From Vermamoeba vermiformis (lineage: Eukaryota), in the NCBI GenBank assembly GCA_045837725.1, contig JBEWZL010000163.1:62001-126000 (forward strand): a DNA stretch of 64,000 bases, read 5' to 3'. The notes under the pieces are model-generated. The model had not been told where the DNA came from, made no database searches, and saw only the letters and a list, made by a program, of their open reading frames with translations. Below, piece by piece: positions 1 through 11,136 of the stretch. Numbering within the stretch: the stretch's first letter is position 1; each line of letters starts with the position of its first letter. The translations under genes and the position numbers were made by a program.

Positions 1-232
1 CATACAGGAAAATAAACTGAATGCGCGCCTTTCTCATAAATATCAAAGCTGTGTAGTTTGTCGTCTATTTTGCGGTATCCATTCGCCAGCAAATTCCCTG
101 TGGATAAAGCGATCAGATCCAAAAATATTCCATTGCTGAATTACTGTAAGGAGTACCTCTGGAAAAGGCCGCGTAATTGAATCCTACGAGTAGGACTCCA
201 ATTGAAAATAATATAAGAGCTCTATTGCTCAT
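1..232 (-). CDS. 5' part of a gene running off the left edge; N-terminal signal peptide, product unknown
   Basis: ATG at 232 gives MSNRALILFSIGVLLVGFNYAAFSR. A GTACTC...CCACAG intron follows, then an open frame GNLLANGYRKIDDKLHSFDIYEKG to the edge. Confidence 0.45.
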
Positions 233-459
233 TGCGGAGTTAATTAAAATATAAACAAACGGGCGAATTTCACCTGAAAAGTTGTGAACCCGCGAGTTTT
301 TGTCACCCGCACGCCATTAATCAATCATAATTTCGCGTTGTAAAAGCAACGACATATTTCTATATTTATTATTTGTATTTATTAAACCAAAGCAAGGCTA
401 TTCTACGTCTGTATTATTGAGATCGTAGAGAGCTAATTTTTATTTTGAAGACTTTTTTG

Positions 460-1245
460 ATGGCTTCTGCAACAGTCAAAACTCTAATTGCGGTAGCATG
501 TATAGCAGTATTATTTGGAATTGTTTGTATAATTTGCGGCGTTAGTAGTCAGAGCCTGATCTGCAGCCAAGCGTGCGATGAGCAATGTAAAGGAGAAACA
601 AATTACGCAAACCCTGCTGTGGACGGAAATAATTTGATAATTTGTCAAGCCTGTGTATATCGAAAGGCCAATATTACAGCCACTGGAAAGTGCGAAACAA
701 AATACATCTCAAATCAGGACACATCCATCCGCAACATTCTGAACCCAATCGGAGCGTTATTGTTAGCCGTTGGATTAGTAATAGGAATATGCTTGATCGC
801 AACGACACGAAGAATAATCATTGTGGAGTCGACAAACGCGATCTTGCTCGTGTTCTGCCTTCTGCTCTTCATTAGCGGCACTGCTATGATATCAATTATA
901 CGCAGCACTGGCGCTAATATGTGCGAAGACATATGCGATGAATTCAGATGCAAGAAAGATCAATACCCGGACTATGCCCAAGCCGCAGTCAACGCCACGA
1001 CAGGACGCACTCGATGCCTTCATTGCAAATTAGCCCCTAAATCTACGACACAATGCAACGCTTTGGACATCACAACGGATCTGGCAATGGTCAGCAGCAT
1101 CGTGTACCCGTTCGCGGCTATGTTTATTCTATTTGCCAGCATTTTGTTGATTATTACGCTGGTGAATTCGAGCAAGCCAAAGAAGCGCAAAGACGAACTT
1201 CAAATGGTGTTCGAGAAGGCACTGTATAGATCCCAACTGAAATAA
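460..1245 (+). CDS. Intronless 4-TM membrane protein made of two TM / Cys-rich loop / TM units
   Basis: ORF from ATG 460 with four hydrophobic segments. The two loops share the pattern CxxxCDE-C-K..YAxxAV..CxxC..C. The tail is basic. Confidence 0.75.
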   Translation: MASATVKTLIAVACIAVLFGIVCIICGVSSQSLICSQACDEQCKGETNYANPAVDGNNLIICQACVYRKANITATGKCETKYISNQDTSIRNILNPIGALLLAVGLVIGICLIATTRRIIIVESTNAILLVFCLLLFISGTAMISIIRSTGANMCEDICDEFRCKKDQYPDYAQAAVNATTGRTRCLHCKLAPKSTTQCNALDITTDLAMVSSIVYPFAAMFILFASILLIITLVNSSKPKKRKDELQMVFEKALYRSQLK

Positions 1246-1464
1246 TGCGGATCTATTTTTGTAAATATTTTCCGTTTCTTGATTTGGTTTTCTGACCAAA
1301 TTTTTGAACGGTTGTACATAGGTGTAATAAATAACATCTTCCTCCGTCCTTGCTTGCTATCTGTATTCACTGAATTTCTACGAAATTAGGATCAAAGCAC
1401 AAAAACTCCTCGCGCTCGGTGAAAAAAAAATTCATACAATTTTGTAAACACGACAATTAACACG

Positions 1465-4400
1465 ATGCCTAAAGTAACGATTGAATTTAACGGCAAGAGG
1501 TAAGCATTCCTTCCTTTTAGTTACTCCCGAGTGCTAACGACTGGATGGTTGTACAGCTACGAGCTCGAAGTTGACTTTGAAGATTGTTTGGAAATATTTA
1601 AATATCAAGTAGAATCTGTCACTAATGTCGAGGCAGCCAGTCAATATTATGACACGATTGATCCTCTCGAGGTAAAATTTCCACAACGAAGTTGACAAAA
1701 AATTATTCTTGAGCGCAAAAAATTCTAATTATAAGAATAAATCCTATTATTGAATTTTGCATCGTGTTCGTTAATTTTAAAAATGTCTTTAGAATCCGGC
1801 AGCGCTAATGAAGTACTTGGTGGAAGAGGTACGTTGCACCTGTTGCTGTCATTTAATAATAATTCAACGATTATTAATTAATATAAGGGCGCTGTATTAA
1901 AACTAAGTAACACTCCCGTGCCTTTCGAGCGAAACCTTCCTCCCATCCAAGGCCCTCCACCCAGTCAAGATCAAATTCAAGGTACACAACGTCTTTAATT
2001 AATCATTTTCTATTGTTATCCTCTAACGCCATTAATCAGAGTGGCAATATTCGTGCTCAAAAATCTTCTTTGACACGCCAATTGAGCAGCCGTCGTACAA
2101 AGCCAAAGACAAGAGTAATACCAATTCATTCATATTCATAGCACAGACCTCGTTAATAACATATCCCACAGTCATTTGTCACGCGTGTGCCTCAACGTGC
2201 CAAATGCCAGGTACCACAATAGCCCGTGCCAATCGTGACCCGTTCGTTTGTCAGTGCAGCAGCATTGAGGGCCACGAGTGCTTGTTCGCACCAAGGTACT
2301 ATAGGATCGTATATACTGCCACGAGGACATATGTTAAATATACCCCTCTTAGATCTAGCACCAGCATTGAACGAGTCGTGGATCCGCTTCGTTCAGCAAT
2401 GATGCAATCAATGCAAACAGCGAACAACCAAATCATTGCGCGCGTCCAAAGTCACGTGCAGCAACAGCAACAAACGCGACAATTGCAAGGCAAAGAGATC
2501 CAGTTCGCTGGTAGAATTGAAGCGCACATTGACGGTGTAAAATTGTACGAAGACCCCGAGTTACAAGTACGTGATTTACGCACAATACCTTATTTACTTA
2601 CTGTGTGACAGAAAAAAGCACGTGCATTGATTCCCGTTGAAGATTTGACCATCGCAGCGAACAAAGCAATCGCTGAACGAAAAGCAGCGCGTGAATCGAA
2701 CACGTTCAAAGACGAAGACTCGCAGTTTAGAAACGGCACGCAAATCGATCACGACTTCAGAGACGAGTTTATGATTCAAATGCTGCACTGGTTCAAAAAG
2801 GATTTCTTCGAGTGGGTCAATGAGCTGCCGTGCCACGCATGCAAGGTACGTACTAAAAGCTTCTTATTAAGCCAATGGTCTAATCTATTACAGGCCAAGA
2901 CGAAGGGCGTTGGTCGTGCTGAACCAGTCGGTGAAGAAAAAGGCAATCTGGCATTTATTGTCGAGCTTTATCAGTGCACTTTCTGCAATGCAATCACTCG
3001 ATTCCCGCGCTACAATCACCGTAAGTTACTCGCCAGCAACACCACAGTAGTAGTTTGTTAACCCTTGTTTTCAGCGGGTCGATTGCTTGAGACTCGTAAA
3101 GGTCGTTGTGGTGAATGGGCTAATTGCTTTGCGCTGATGTGCCGCGCTATGGGCTACGAGACACGCTCAGTGTTTGATTGGACAGATCACGTCTGGGTCG
3201 AGGTAAGTGCTACATCCATTCTCCGCTTCATCAGCGTGCTGACACCTCGTGCAGATCTACTCAGAAAACAAGAAGCGCTGGATTCATTGCGACAGTTGCG
3301 AGGCCAAGTTTGACACGCCGTTGTTGTACGAAGTTGGCTGGAACAAAAAACTGAGTTATGTCCTGGCATTTGGAGGTACGTACAGTGTGTTCGAAGTAAT
3401 CAGTCACTGTATTCTAATTTATCGTCACAGCGCACGAGGTCGTAGATGTCACTCGCCGATACACACGTGACTGGACAGCGGTCAAACAACGCCGCACTGA
3501 AGTAAGCGAAGACTGGCTCGCACGAAACATCACAGCGGTGAACAACAACTTGTTGATGCGTCTCCCTGATCCTGCCATGCGCACTGTGATTGTGCAGCGA
3601 AGAACAACTGAAGCCAAAGAACTCGAACAATTCGAGACTCTGTCACGTGACAGCAAGAAAGAGGAAGAAGAGGGTCGAATTTCTGGCTCTACTCAGTGGA
3701 AAGAACAGCGCGGTGAACTAGGCAACCAAAAGCCTGCCACGAAGAAACCTCAATCGAGCCACATTCCACAGACAAAGATGATTTTATTGGACACTTCCAA
3801 CCTGGACGTTGTGTTCGCGAAAATTCAACAATTCAATCAAGAGCTGAGTCAAAACGAAGATACCAAGCATGTCGCTTTGGACGCAAATGACGTTGCGCAG
3901 TTGAAGTCCCTTGTTGACACGTTGAAAGACAGCGCCAATGTAAATAAGCCCATCAACAGCGCTGCTTTGGATACTATCGACAAGGCTTTGAAGAACTGGC
4001 CAATCAATAAGATATTCCCTGGTACGTATTAGCACTCTTAGCAAATGAATTGTGCTAACGTTGCACAGTGTTGGACGTGACACGACTGGTCCTGACAAAC
4101 GACAGCGGCAACAAACAGCTCTGTCAACGATCTCCTTTTGGTGGCAAAAGTAAGCTCCCCTTTCATTCTCAATGATTGCACCAACAATGCTAATCGTCAC
4201 GCAGAAAATATCTTCGAGTTCGTGCTTCAGCTCCAGTCCAGCTTGTCGGCCAATCAACTGCTCATGTTGCGATTTTTGTGCAACGCAATCGGAGCAGAGA
4301 ACAGCAAACAAGTGCTCAAGGGCTACTTAAACGAAGCTATTGACGCGCTTGTTGTGGTCTCCAAGTCTGAGCAAAAAGCAATCAAAGTGAACTTGGCCAC

Positions 4401-4867
4401 GTGTCTCATCAAGTACGTGCCAGATCTGCTTTGCGAAATTTTGAATTTATAACTAACCGTTCATATTATTAGCTTCGTTGTTGCTATGAAAGATCTTTCA
4501 AGTACGAATTCAAAAGAGGAACAGAAATTATACGAGCTTTGTGTTAGCGTAAGTTTTGCAATTACTACCAACAATACGGATTTCACGAATTAATTTTATT
4601 ATAATATGTAGCTCATTAGCAAAGAAAAAGACGTTGAAGTGCTGTTTAGAGCATTAGTTTCGTTGGGTACCTTGGTAAGGACACTAAAATGTGATTGGCC
4701 AACCCAATTTGTTAACCTTATTACTTCAGTTGTCCGAACGCAAAACTAAGAATAAGACACTATTCGACGCAGATAAACAACGAGTTAATGCGCTGCTGAA
4801 GGACTTCAAAGAGGATAAAAACGTAAGCGAATCCGTCGAAGAAATACTGTACCTATACGAAGTATAA
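1465..4867 (+). CDS. PNG1: Peptide:N-glycanase (PNGase) with N-terminal ubiquitin-like domain, Cys-rich UBR-like finger and C-terminal PUL domain; multi-exon
   Basis: Motifs [11 protein letters not shown], Zn-binding PCHAC and QCTFC, RFPRYN, and catalytic [10 protein letters not shown] / DHVWVE / HCDSCE. The C-terminus [13 protein letters not shown]...[15 protein letters not shown] is PUL-like. Stop TAA at 4865-4867. Confidence 0.92.
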
Positions 4868-5137
4868 AAAGATTATACTCTCCATGTAAATTTATGATAT
4901 AAATGCCCAGTGGATATAATTCAGCGCACTACTACTAGTGCCAACAGTGGACCGAAATTTATCTCCGAGATTTTGAGATTACAGCTGCGTGTGCAATCTG
5001 AAGTTACATTCCACAATCTGTTTTACGCGTACAATCAATGTTCACCAGCCAAAGTAGTTAGTTCGGTCCGATTCAATTCATTTCGTTTTTTAAATTTCCG
5101 TGTCTTTACCCGAGCTAGAATCTTTCTTAAACGCAAC

Positions 5138-5943
5138 ATGGCAGCACAATACCACTTACCTGCATCTGGTGCAAAATTAGAAGTACATCTTATTGCCGGG
5201 AGACATCTAAAGGCAGCAGATGTGAACGGCAAATCGGATCCGTATCTCGTATTAAAATGCGGCGATGCTGAAGCAAAATCTCATACTAAAAATGTAATTT
5301 TTTATTTCGTCATATTTACAGCAATGGAACTAAAACGAAATATGCGCAGAACACGCTCAATCCGGAATGGAACGAAAAGATCGTGCTAGAATTGAAAAGT
5401 TCGAAACCTGAGTATTTGGAAATTATAGCACTCGATCACGACGCTGTTGGTAATTTGTGCTTTTTTAATCGAGATTTTGAATTATTCAGGCAAGGACGAT
5501 CCTTTAGGAGCCTTGGTGTTGCCTTTAAACGATTTGTAATAATTATCATGAATATATGATAAATTAGGATGCGGTACTAAAATTAACCAGGATCCAATCG
5601 ATGGAAAAACAACGGTGGATTAAACTCCAGGGAGTTGACACCGGAGAGATTTTTATCGGCTTAACGGCCATTAATTTTGGTAAATTCCGAATTAATATGA
5701 GATTGTATAATTATAGAACGCGTCTAACGAGCGAATTCTGATTCTCGATCCAATTTAGGTTATCCACCTGGCACTTTTGCTGGCTATGATCCTAAAACAC
5801 TGGACATCTCCTATCATATCCCACCTGCCTACGCACCAAAAGGTCAGTATGGTGGCTAATTCAATCAATACCAATCGTGTTTTCGCGTAGGGTACCTCGT
5901 TGAGAACGGGACCTTGGTTCGTAAGCCAAAGCAGCACAAATGA
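5138..5943 (+). CDS. Small C2-domain protein, multi-exon
   Basis: LEVHLIAGRHLKAADVNGKSDPYLVL...TLNPEWNE...ALDHDAVGKDDPLG with the Ca-binding Asp residues retained. The spliced frame ends at TGA 5941-5943. Confidence 0.85.
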
Positions 5944-6451
5944 GCCGATCATACTCGTAAGCTTTGATGTATACTCATCGGTACGAAATAAATTTTATTT
6001 AGCGGCATCGGACATATTCCCGTAACACAGCGGCGACGCCGAAAACTGAGAATGAGTTCAACACGGAATAAATCACCTTTCTAGATTTATCGTTGGAAAA
6101 ATCGAATCTTCCTAAGCCAAATAAGAGAATTTCCTGGCACGTGATCGTGGAGAACCTCTCGGAAGTGCCTCCGGTCCCGAGACGCGTACGTACGTTCATC
6201 TGCGGTTATTACTAACGATAATATTACATTATTCTCATCTGTAAATCGTATACGCATCATGGATTACACTAAATTAAATTGCTTAATTAGTAGCTGTCAC
6301 GTACACAAACACTCAGTCGTTCATGAAAGGTTCAAAATTTTGGAATAACGGAATTAATTGGAATCACCGTGTGCGTGAATTTGGCTATAAAACATAGAAA
6401 CACCCTCGTTTAATCAGTCGATATTAAATTCGAAAAGTCGAAAGGACACAG

Positions 6452-8220
6452 ATGTCGATCTTAACTATAGATCCGTTCAAACAAAACCCCTCCCTCGAGA
6501 GTCAAACTATGTCATTACCGCCCGACACAACCCTTGATACGTTATTCCACGTTCTTCTAAAGAAGTTGAAGATCGAGGGTATAGACTCGAAGCCTTGGAC
6601 TCAAAAACTTCAAAACAATTTGGTCATGAACTTGGGCCTGCTCATGCGTCTATCAGAAGAGGCTGTTAAAAAGTTGGAATTGCCCCTCCTGATCCAGGAT
6701 GAGTTGATAAAAATTATTAAACAAGATCCGTTGGCCCTTGTACAACTCTCCAATGAAAAGGTAATAATTTTAAAAATATCCTATCAATTTCCGATGCTAA
6801 ATTCAATATACTGCAAGATCAATCCGCCCCTTGGTTGTCCGTTTCACGTTCCCAAGGACGCCAAAGCACCTTCACCTGCCTCTTCCTCTACTGATGTGCG
6901 AGAGGTCCGAAAATCAGCCTCTCAAATGCCCGTTGCAACTTCACCGCGAGAACCAATGACCCAGCGGGCCGAGAGTTGTCCCGTTCTTCAAGTTGAAACT
7001 CGTGACAGATCTTCGAGCATTGGAGCACATGAACACGTTGGCTACATTCCTAAACATCAAATTTGGGTTCTTGATAAATCTCAACGCGACATTCTCAAGA
7101 AAACTTGGAGCGACATTACCAAAAAACAAGGCGATCACTTAGTAAATCTGTTCGAGTAAGTATTCCGAAATGTTTCCCACAAGTGACTTCAGTAAATGAG
7201 CTCACTTGTGAACCACTTTGTATTCGCGAATCATATTACTTAATGTATATTCCGATCAGTAACTTCTACGGCAAGTTCTTCGAGATCGACCCTGCAGTGA
7301 AGCGTCTCTTCCACGAGAAATCGATGCCCTATCAAGCGCGCGCTCTGATGCAAATGGTTACAATGTTAATGAAGTGCATTGACCGTTTAGACTCACTCAC
7401 ACCGCATCTCGAAAAACTAGGTAAGCTAACGACCAGTTCAAATCCTTTCAGTAATACAATATCTGGAGTAATTACGCGAGCGGTACAATTTACTGAGGCA
7501 ATTTACTCGACACAAAACTTAAAATTCTCTGAACGAATAAGCTTTTCAGTGAAACTCGTTCCATATTTGTACAATCTTGGCACATTGTTGTGTGCGATAT
7601 TAATAGATTCACAACAGGAGTCTCCCATCTTATCTACGGAGTCGAAGTTAAAGACTTTCAATCGTGGGCCATCTCCCTCGTCACCACCTTCGAGGCTGTG
7701 CTGGGCAAAGAGGCATTCGGCAAGACTGAAAAAGATGCGTGGATGTCAATGATTGCCGGAGTTTCGTCCATCATTATCAACAGCTACGACGCTGCACGAG
7801 CTGGCAAGTCAGGTTTTTGCGAGGTCTCTTTCGGTGGCAAGACCTTCAAGAAGTACTGGTGCGCTCTCAATCACGAGAAATTAAGCATTTATCGCGACAA
7901 AAAGGTAAGCTCCATTCAACCACTTTGAGTTTGGCTCTGGATCCAGTCTCTAACCTACTTTTTTACAGCAAACCAAGCTTCGTTGCGAATTCCCTTTGAA
8001 GGAGTTGAATGCCGTTGAAGTTGAGGACTCGGGCGTTATCAGTGGCCCCACGCCAAACATCCTCAAAGTAGATGCGGAGAACGATGACATCTACATTGCC
8101 ATTAGCAGCGAAGAAGAGATGAAAAGATGGAAAGAAGAATTCTCCATGAGAATCAAAGCTATGCAACGCGTGCTTACGTTGGGCGAGAACCACAAGAACT
8201 CGTCTTCAGCAGATGAGTAA
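6452..8220 (+). CDS. SAM-like domain + CP motifs + globin + PH domain protein (start at 6452 or 6509)
   Basis: Spliced globin LDKSQRDILKKTW..NFYGKFFEIDPAVKRLF..YQARALMQM..LEKLG|VSHLIYGV..AW. A PH domain follows: KSGFCEV..FKKYWCAL..IYIAISSEEEMKRW. Confidence 0.85.
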
Positions 8221-8440
8221 TGAATTCCGAAAGAACCTCTTGTAAATAGCTAACATTTTTGCCTGCTTGTCCAATGAGACAAGTTTTTGTATTTGTAAAT
8301 ATGCGATTAAACGTCGTTCATTTAGTCAGCGAAACAATGTTTGAAATAATCAAATCATCTGTCACATTTGCTCGGTGTACAACAATAGAAAGATATTATC
8401 ATCAACCTTAAAAATTATAATACACTGACGTCGTCCCAAA

Positions 8441-10571
8441 ATGGCAGAGAGCCTTCAGCAACTGCTCGAGCAAAAAGAGCGAGATTTGGAACTTGCTGCC
8501 CGTAAGTAATTGACACCGTTAAAAATCCATCTCATAATATTATGTTACCTCGAGAAAACGTTAACTTTATTACTTGGTCGCTTACACACGATTATTTTAA
8601 TACCAATTTTCGCCAATAAAATTCGATTCTAATAAAATATTTATCCATAGAATATGGCACTGCCTTATTAGAAGAAAATAAACAGCTCAAACAAAAAGTG
8701 AAGGAGTTAAAAGAAAAGGTAAAAGACAAATTTTTTATGACAACTCGCTGATCCCAGCTCCTCTTTGTCGTTTAACAATGCCCAGATACTATGTTAATGA
8801 CATAAAATCGGTTTTCATTTTTTTGTTATTCAGACGGCCAGTATGGAGATGGAAGGAAGTTATGAAATGAAAGAGCAAATCCAGCTTTTAGAAGAGGCAA
8901 ATAAATTATTGAAGAGCAAACTTACTATTCTCGAGAGCAAAAATGGCGATTTAGAAGCCGTAAGTATCCTCATAGCGCGGCGGATCAAATATTAATTGAC
9001 CTGTCAATTTCTCTGCTCGTGCTAACATGATACCCAACAGAAAATTATCCTCAAAAATGCACAAAAAGAAGACTTGGCTCAAACTATCGACGAGCTAACG
9101 CGAAAGCACAAAAATGCTGAAGAGCGGATCGCAATGTTGCAGAAAGAACTTGAAAATAATAGTACAGCTGGTACTATTTACGACCTAAATGAACAAGTAC
9201 GAGTGTTTGGATAAGTCATGTTAATACTAACCACTTATATCAGTTGGAAATGCAAAAAGAAGTTATTCAAGATCTGCGAGCAAAACACGCAGAGACGCAA
9301 CGAGCAAATATTGAACTCACCAAGAAATTAGGTAGCAATACATTAATCATTCGATACTATCACTAAACCTTATATAGATGATGCAACAAAGAAGATTGAT
9401 CAATTGAATTCAACGCAAGTTTCAAATGAGATAGATCCAGCGCTTCTCGAAGAGCTAAAAGAGCTGCGACAGTCTAACGCACAATTCAAACGCGAAATTA
9501 AAGAAAAAGATGAGATCATTCAAGAGTTGCAAACAAGACCAGCAGAACCACGACCGACAATTTATCAACGCACCATTGTCGAAGTACCGTCTTATGTTCC
9601 TGTGCCTGGTAATTCAGACCCTGCTTCTGAAGGCCATTCAAGTGGCTTTGAACATGTTAATAACCCTGATTCAGATATTACTGTGCAACCTAAACATGAC
9701 ATTACAACTGACCCGCAGACAAGTTCTGACACTTTGACACCTGTGACAACTTCAGCTCCTAGAGTGGATGCCAACAATATCAGCAATGAAATTACAGTCG
9801 ATAGTACCGGCGATTTATTCAACACAACTTACGTAGCGAAGAGTGACGAAGACAGAGCCGAAGTTGTTGTTGCGACCAACGGCCACGTGAAGAGTGAGCC
9901 ACTACCTATTCAACAATCCACAGAAAATGGTCATACCGAAACCAAAAAGACAGAAAAAACACCGCCGTCATCTCCAAAAGCGTTGTATCGTGACCCTCGA
10001 GTACAAGATCTGGCATCAAAACTTGCCGAGGCCGAACGACAACTGAGCATCAAATCAGATGAAGTACAACGTCTGTCTCTCAAGCTAGCCGAACTAGCTG
10101 AACGAGCATCTACGGCGCCTCAAACAACCATCATCAACCAAGTTGTTCCACCCAAGAAAGAGGTACATGTCACTCTTTTGGTTCTGACTTGTCTAACCTT
10201 GCCTCTTAGGGATTCCTTGTCAAACAAGGTGCCCGCATTAAGAACTGGAAGCGAAGGTTCTTTTTCCTCGAATCAGACTTCTTGTATTACTCCGAGTCGC
10301 CGAAGGTAGTGTCGTGTGCACGCAACTCATCACAGCATTAGCTAACAGTCATTCGACTTAGTCGCGCTTTGTAACCTTGGGAATGATCAAACTCGACGGC
10401 TCCGAAGTAGACCAAGCCATAGTGCCCAACAGAGCGTACGTTATCGCCGTGAAAACAACCGACAGGACGTACTACCTCTGCGCAGAAACCGAGGAAGACA
10501 TGCACGAGTGGCTCAAGGTGCTCAAAGAAAAAGTTGAAGAGATTGCGGAAAAGAAGAGAAATGAGAAGTAA
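8441..10571 (+). CDS. CC1-box coiled-coil protein with C-terminal PH domain (candidate dynein adaptor)
   Basis: Spliced N-terminus LLEQKERDLELAAQ|YGTALLEENKQL, long heptad coiled coil, and a low-complexity linker. The PH domain reads KKEGFLVKQGARIKNWKRRFF...YYLCAETEEDMHEWL. Confidence 0.85.
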
Positions 10572-11136
10572 ATTGAACCTCGCAATCAACCCGTTGTAAA
10601 TAATAAAGCCTCGATGTAAAATCGTTTGTGGATCGTCAGTCATTTGCCGGGTATTTTTTTTAAATAGCCGCTCGACTCCATGACGGTACCAAGTTCAATG
10701 TTGCTTGCCTATAGGCTGTAATATAATTGGCCTCGTATGAGGGTATTGGTTCGGTTTAAAAATAAGTACGAGGTTTTTCGTGCTCGTGTTACGGAATTGG
10801 TTTTTGTCTCAACCAAGCGAATACAGTGAACAACAGTGCTGTATTGTAAATTATATTATTATTTATGTGTAAAATATTTATTTGTACAAAGTATTTATAA
10901 ACGAAACGGTAAGCGCACATCGGCTATTTATTCGGAGAGGAAGCCATCAAGCGCGCTAAAACCGGAATATATTGCAATAATGTCACTAAAATATTAATAA
11001 TAATTATTGAACGAGCAAACGGGCTCCCCGCTAATGAATAATGAACTCCGTTAAAATAATAATACAAAATCATAATTGAAATTGAATTACAAGGTTAGTA
11101 ATAGGAATATTTAGGTCAAGACCAAGTTAAAAATAA

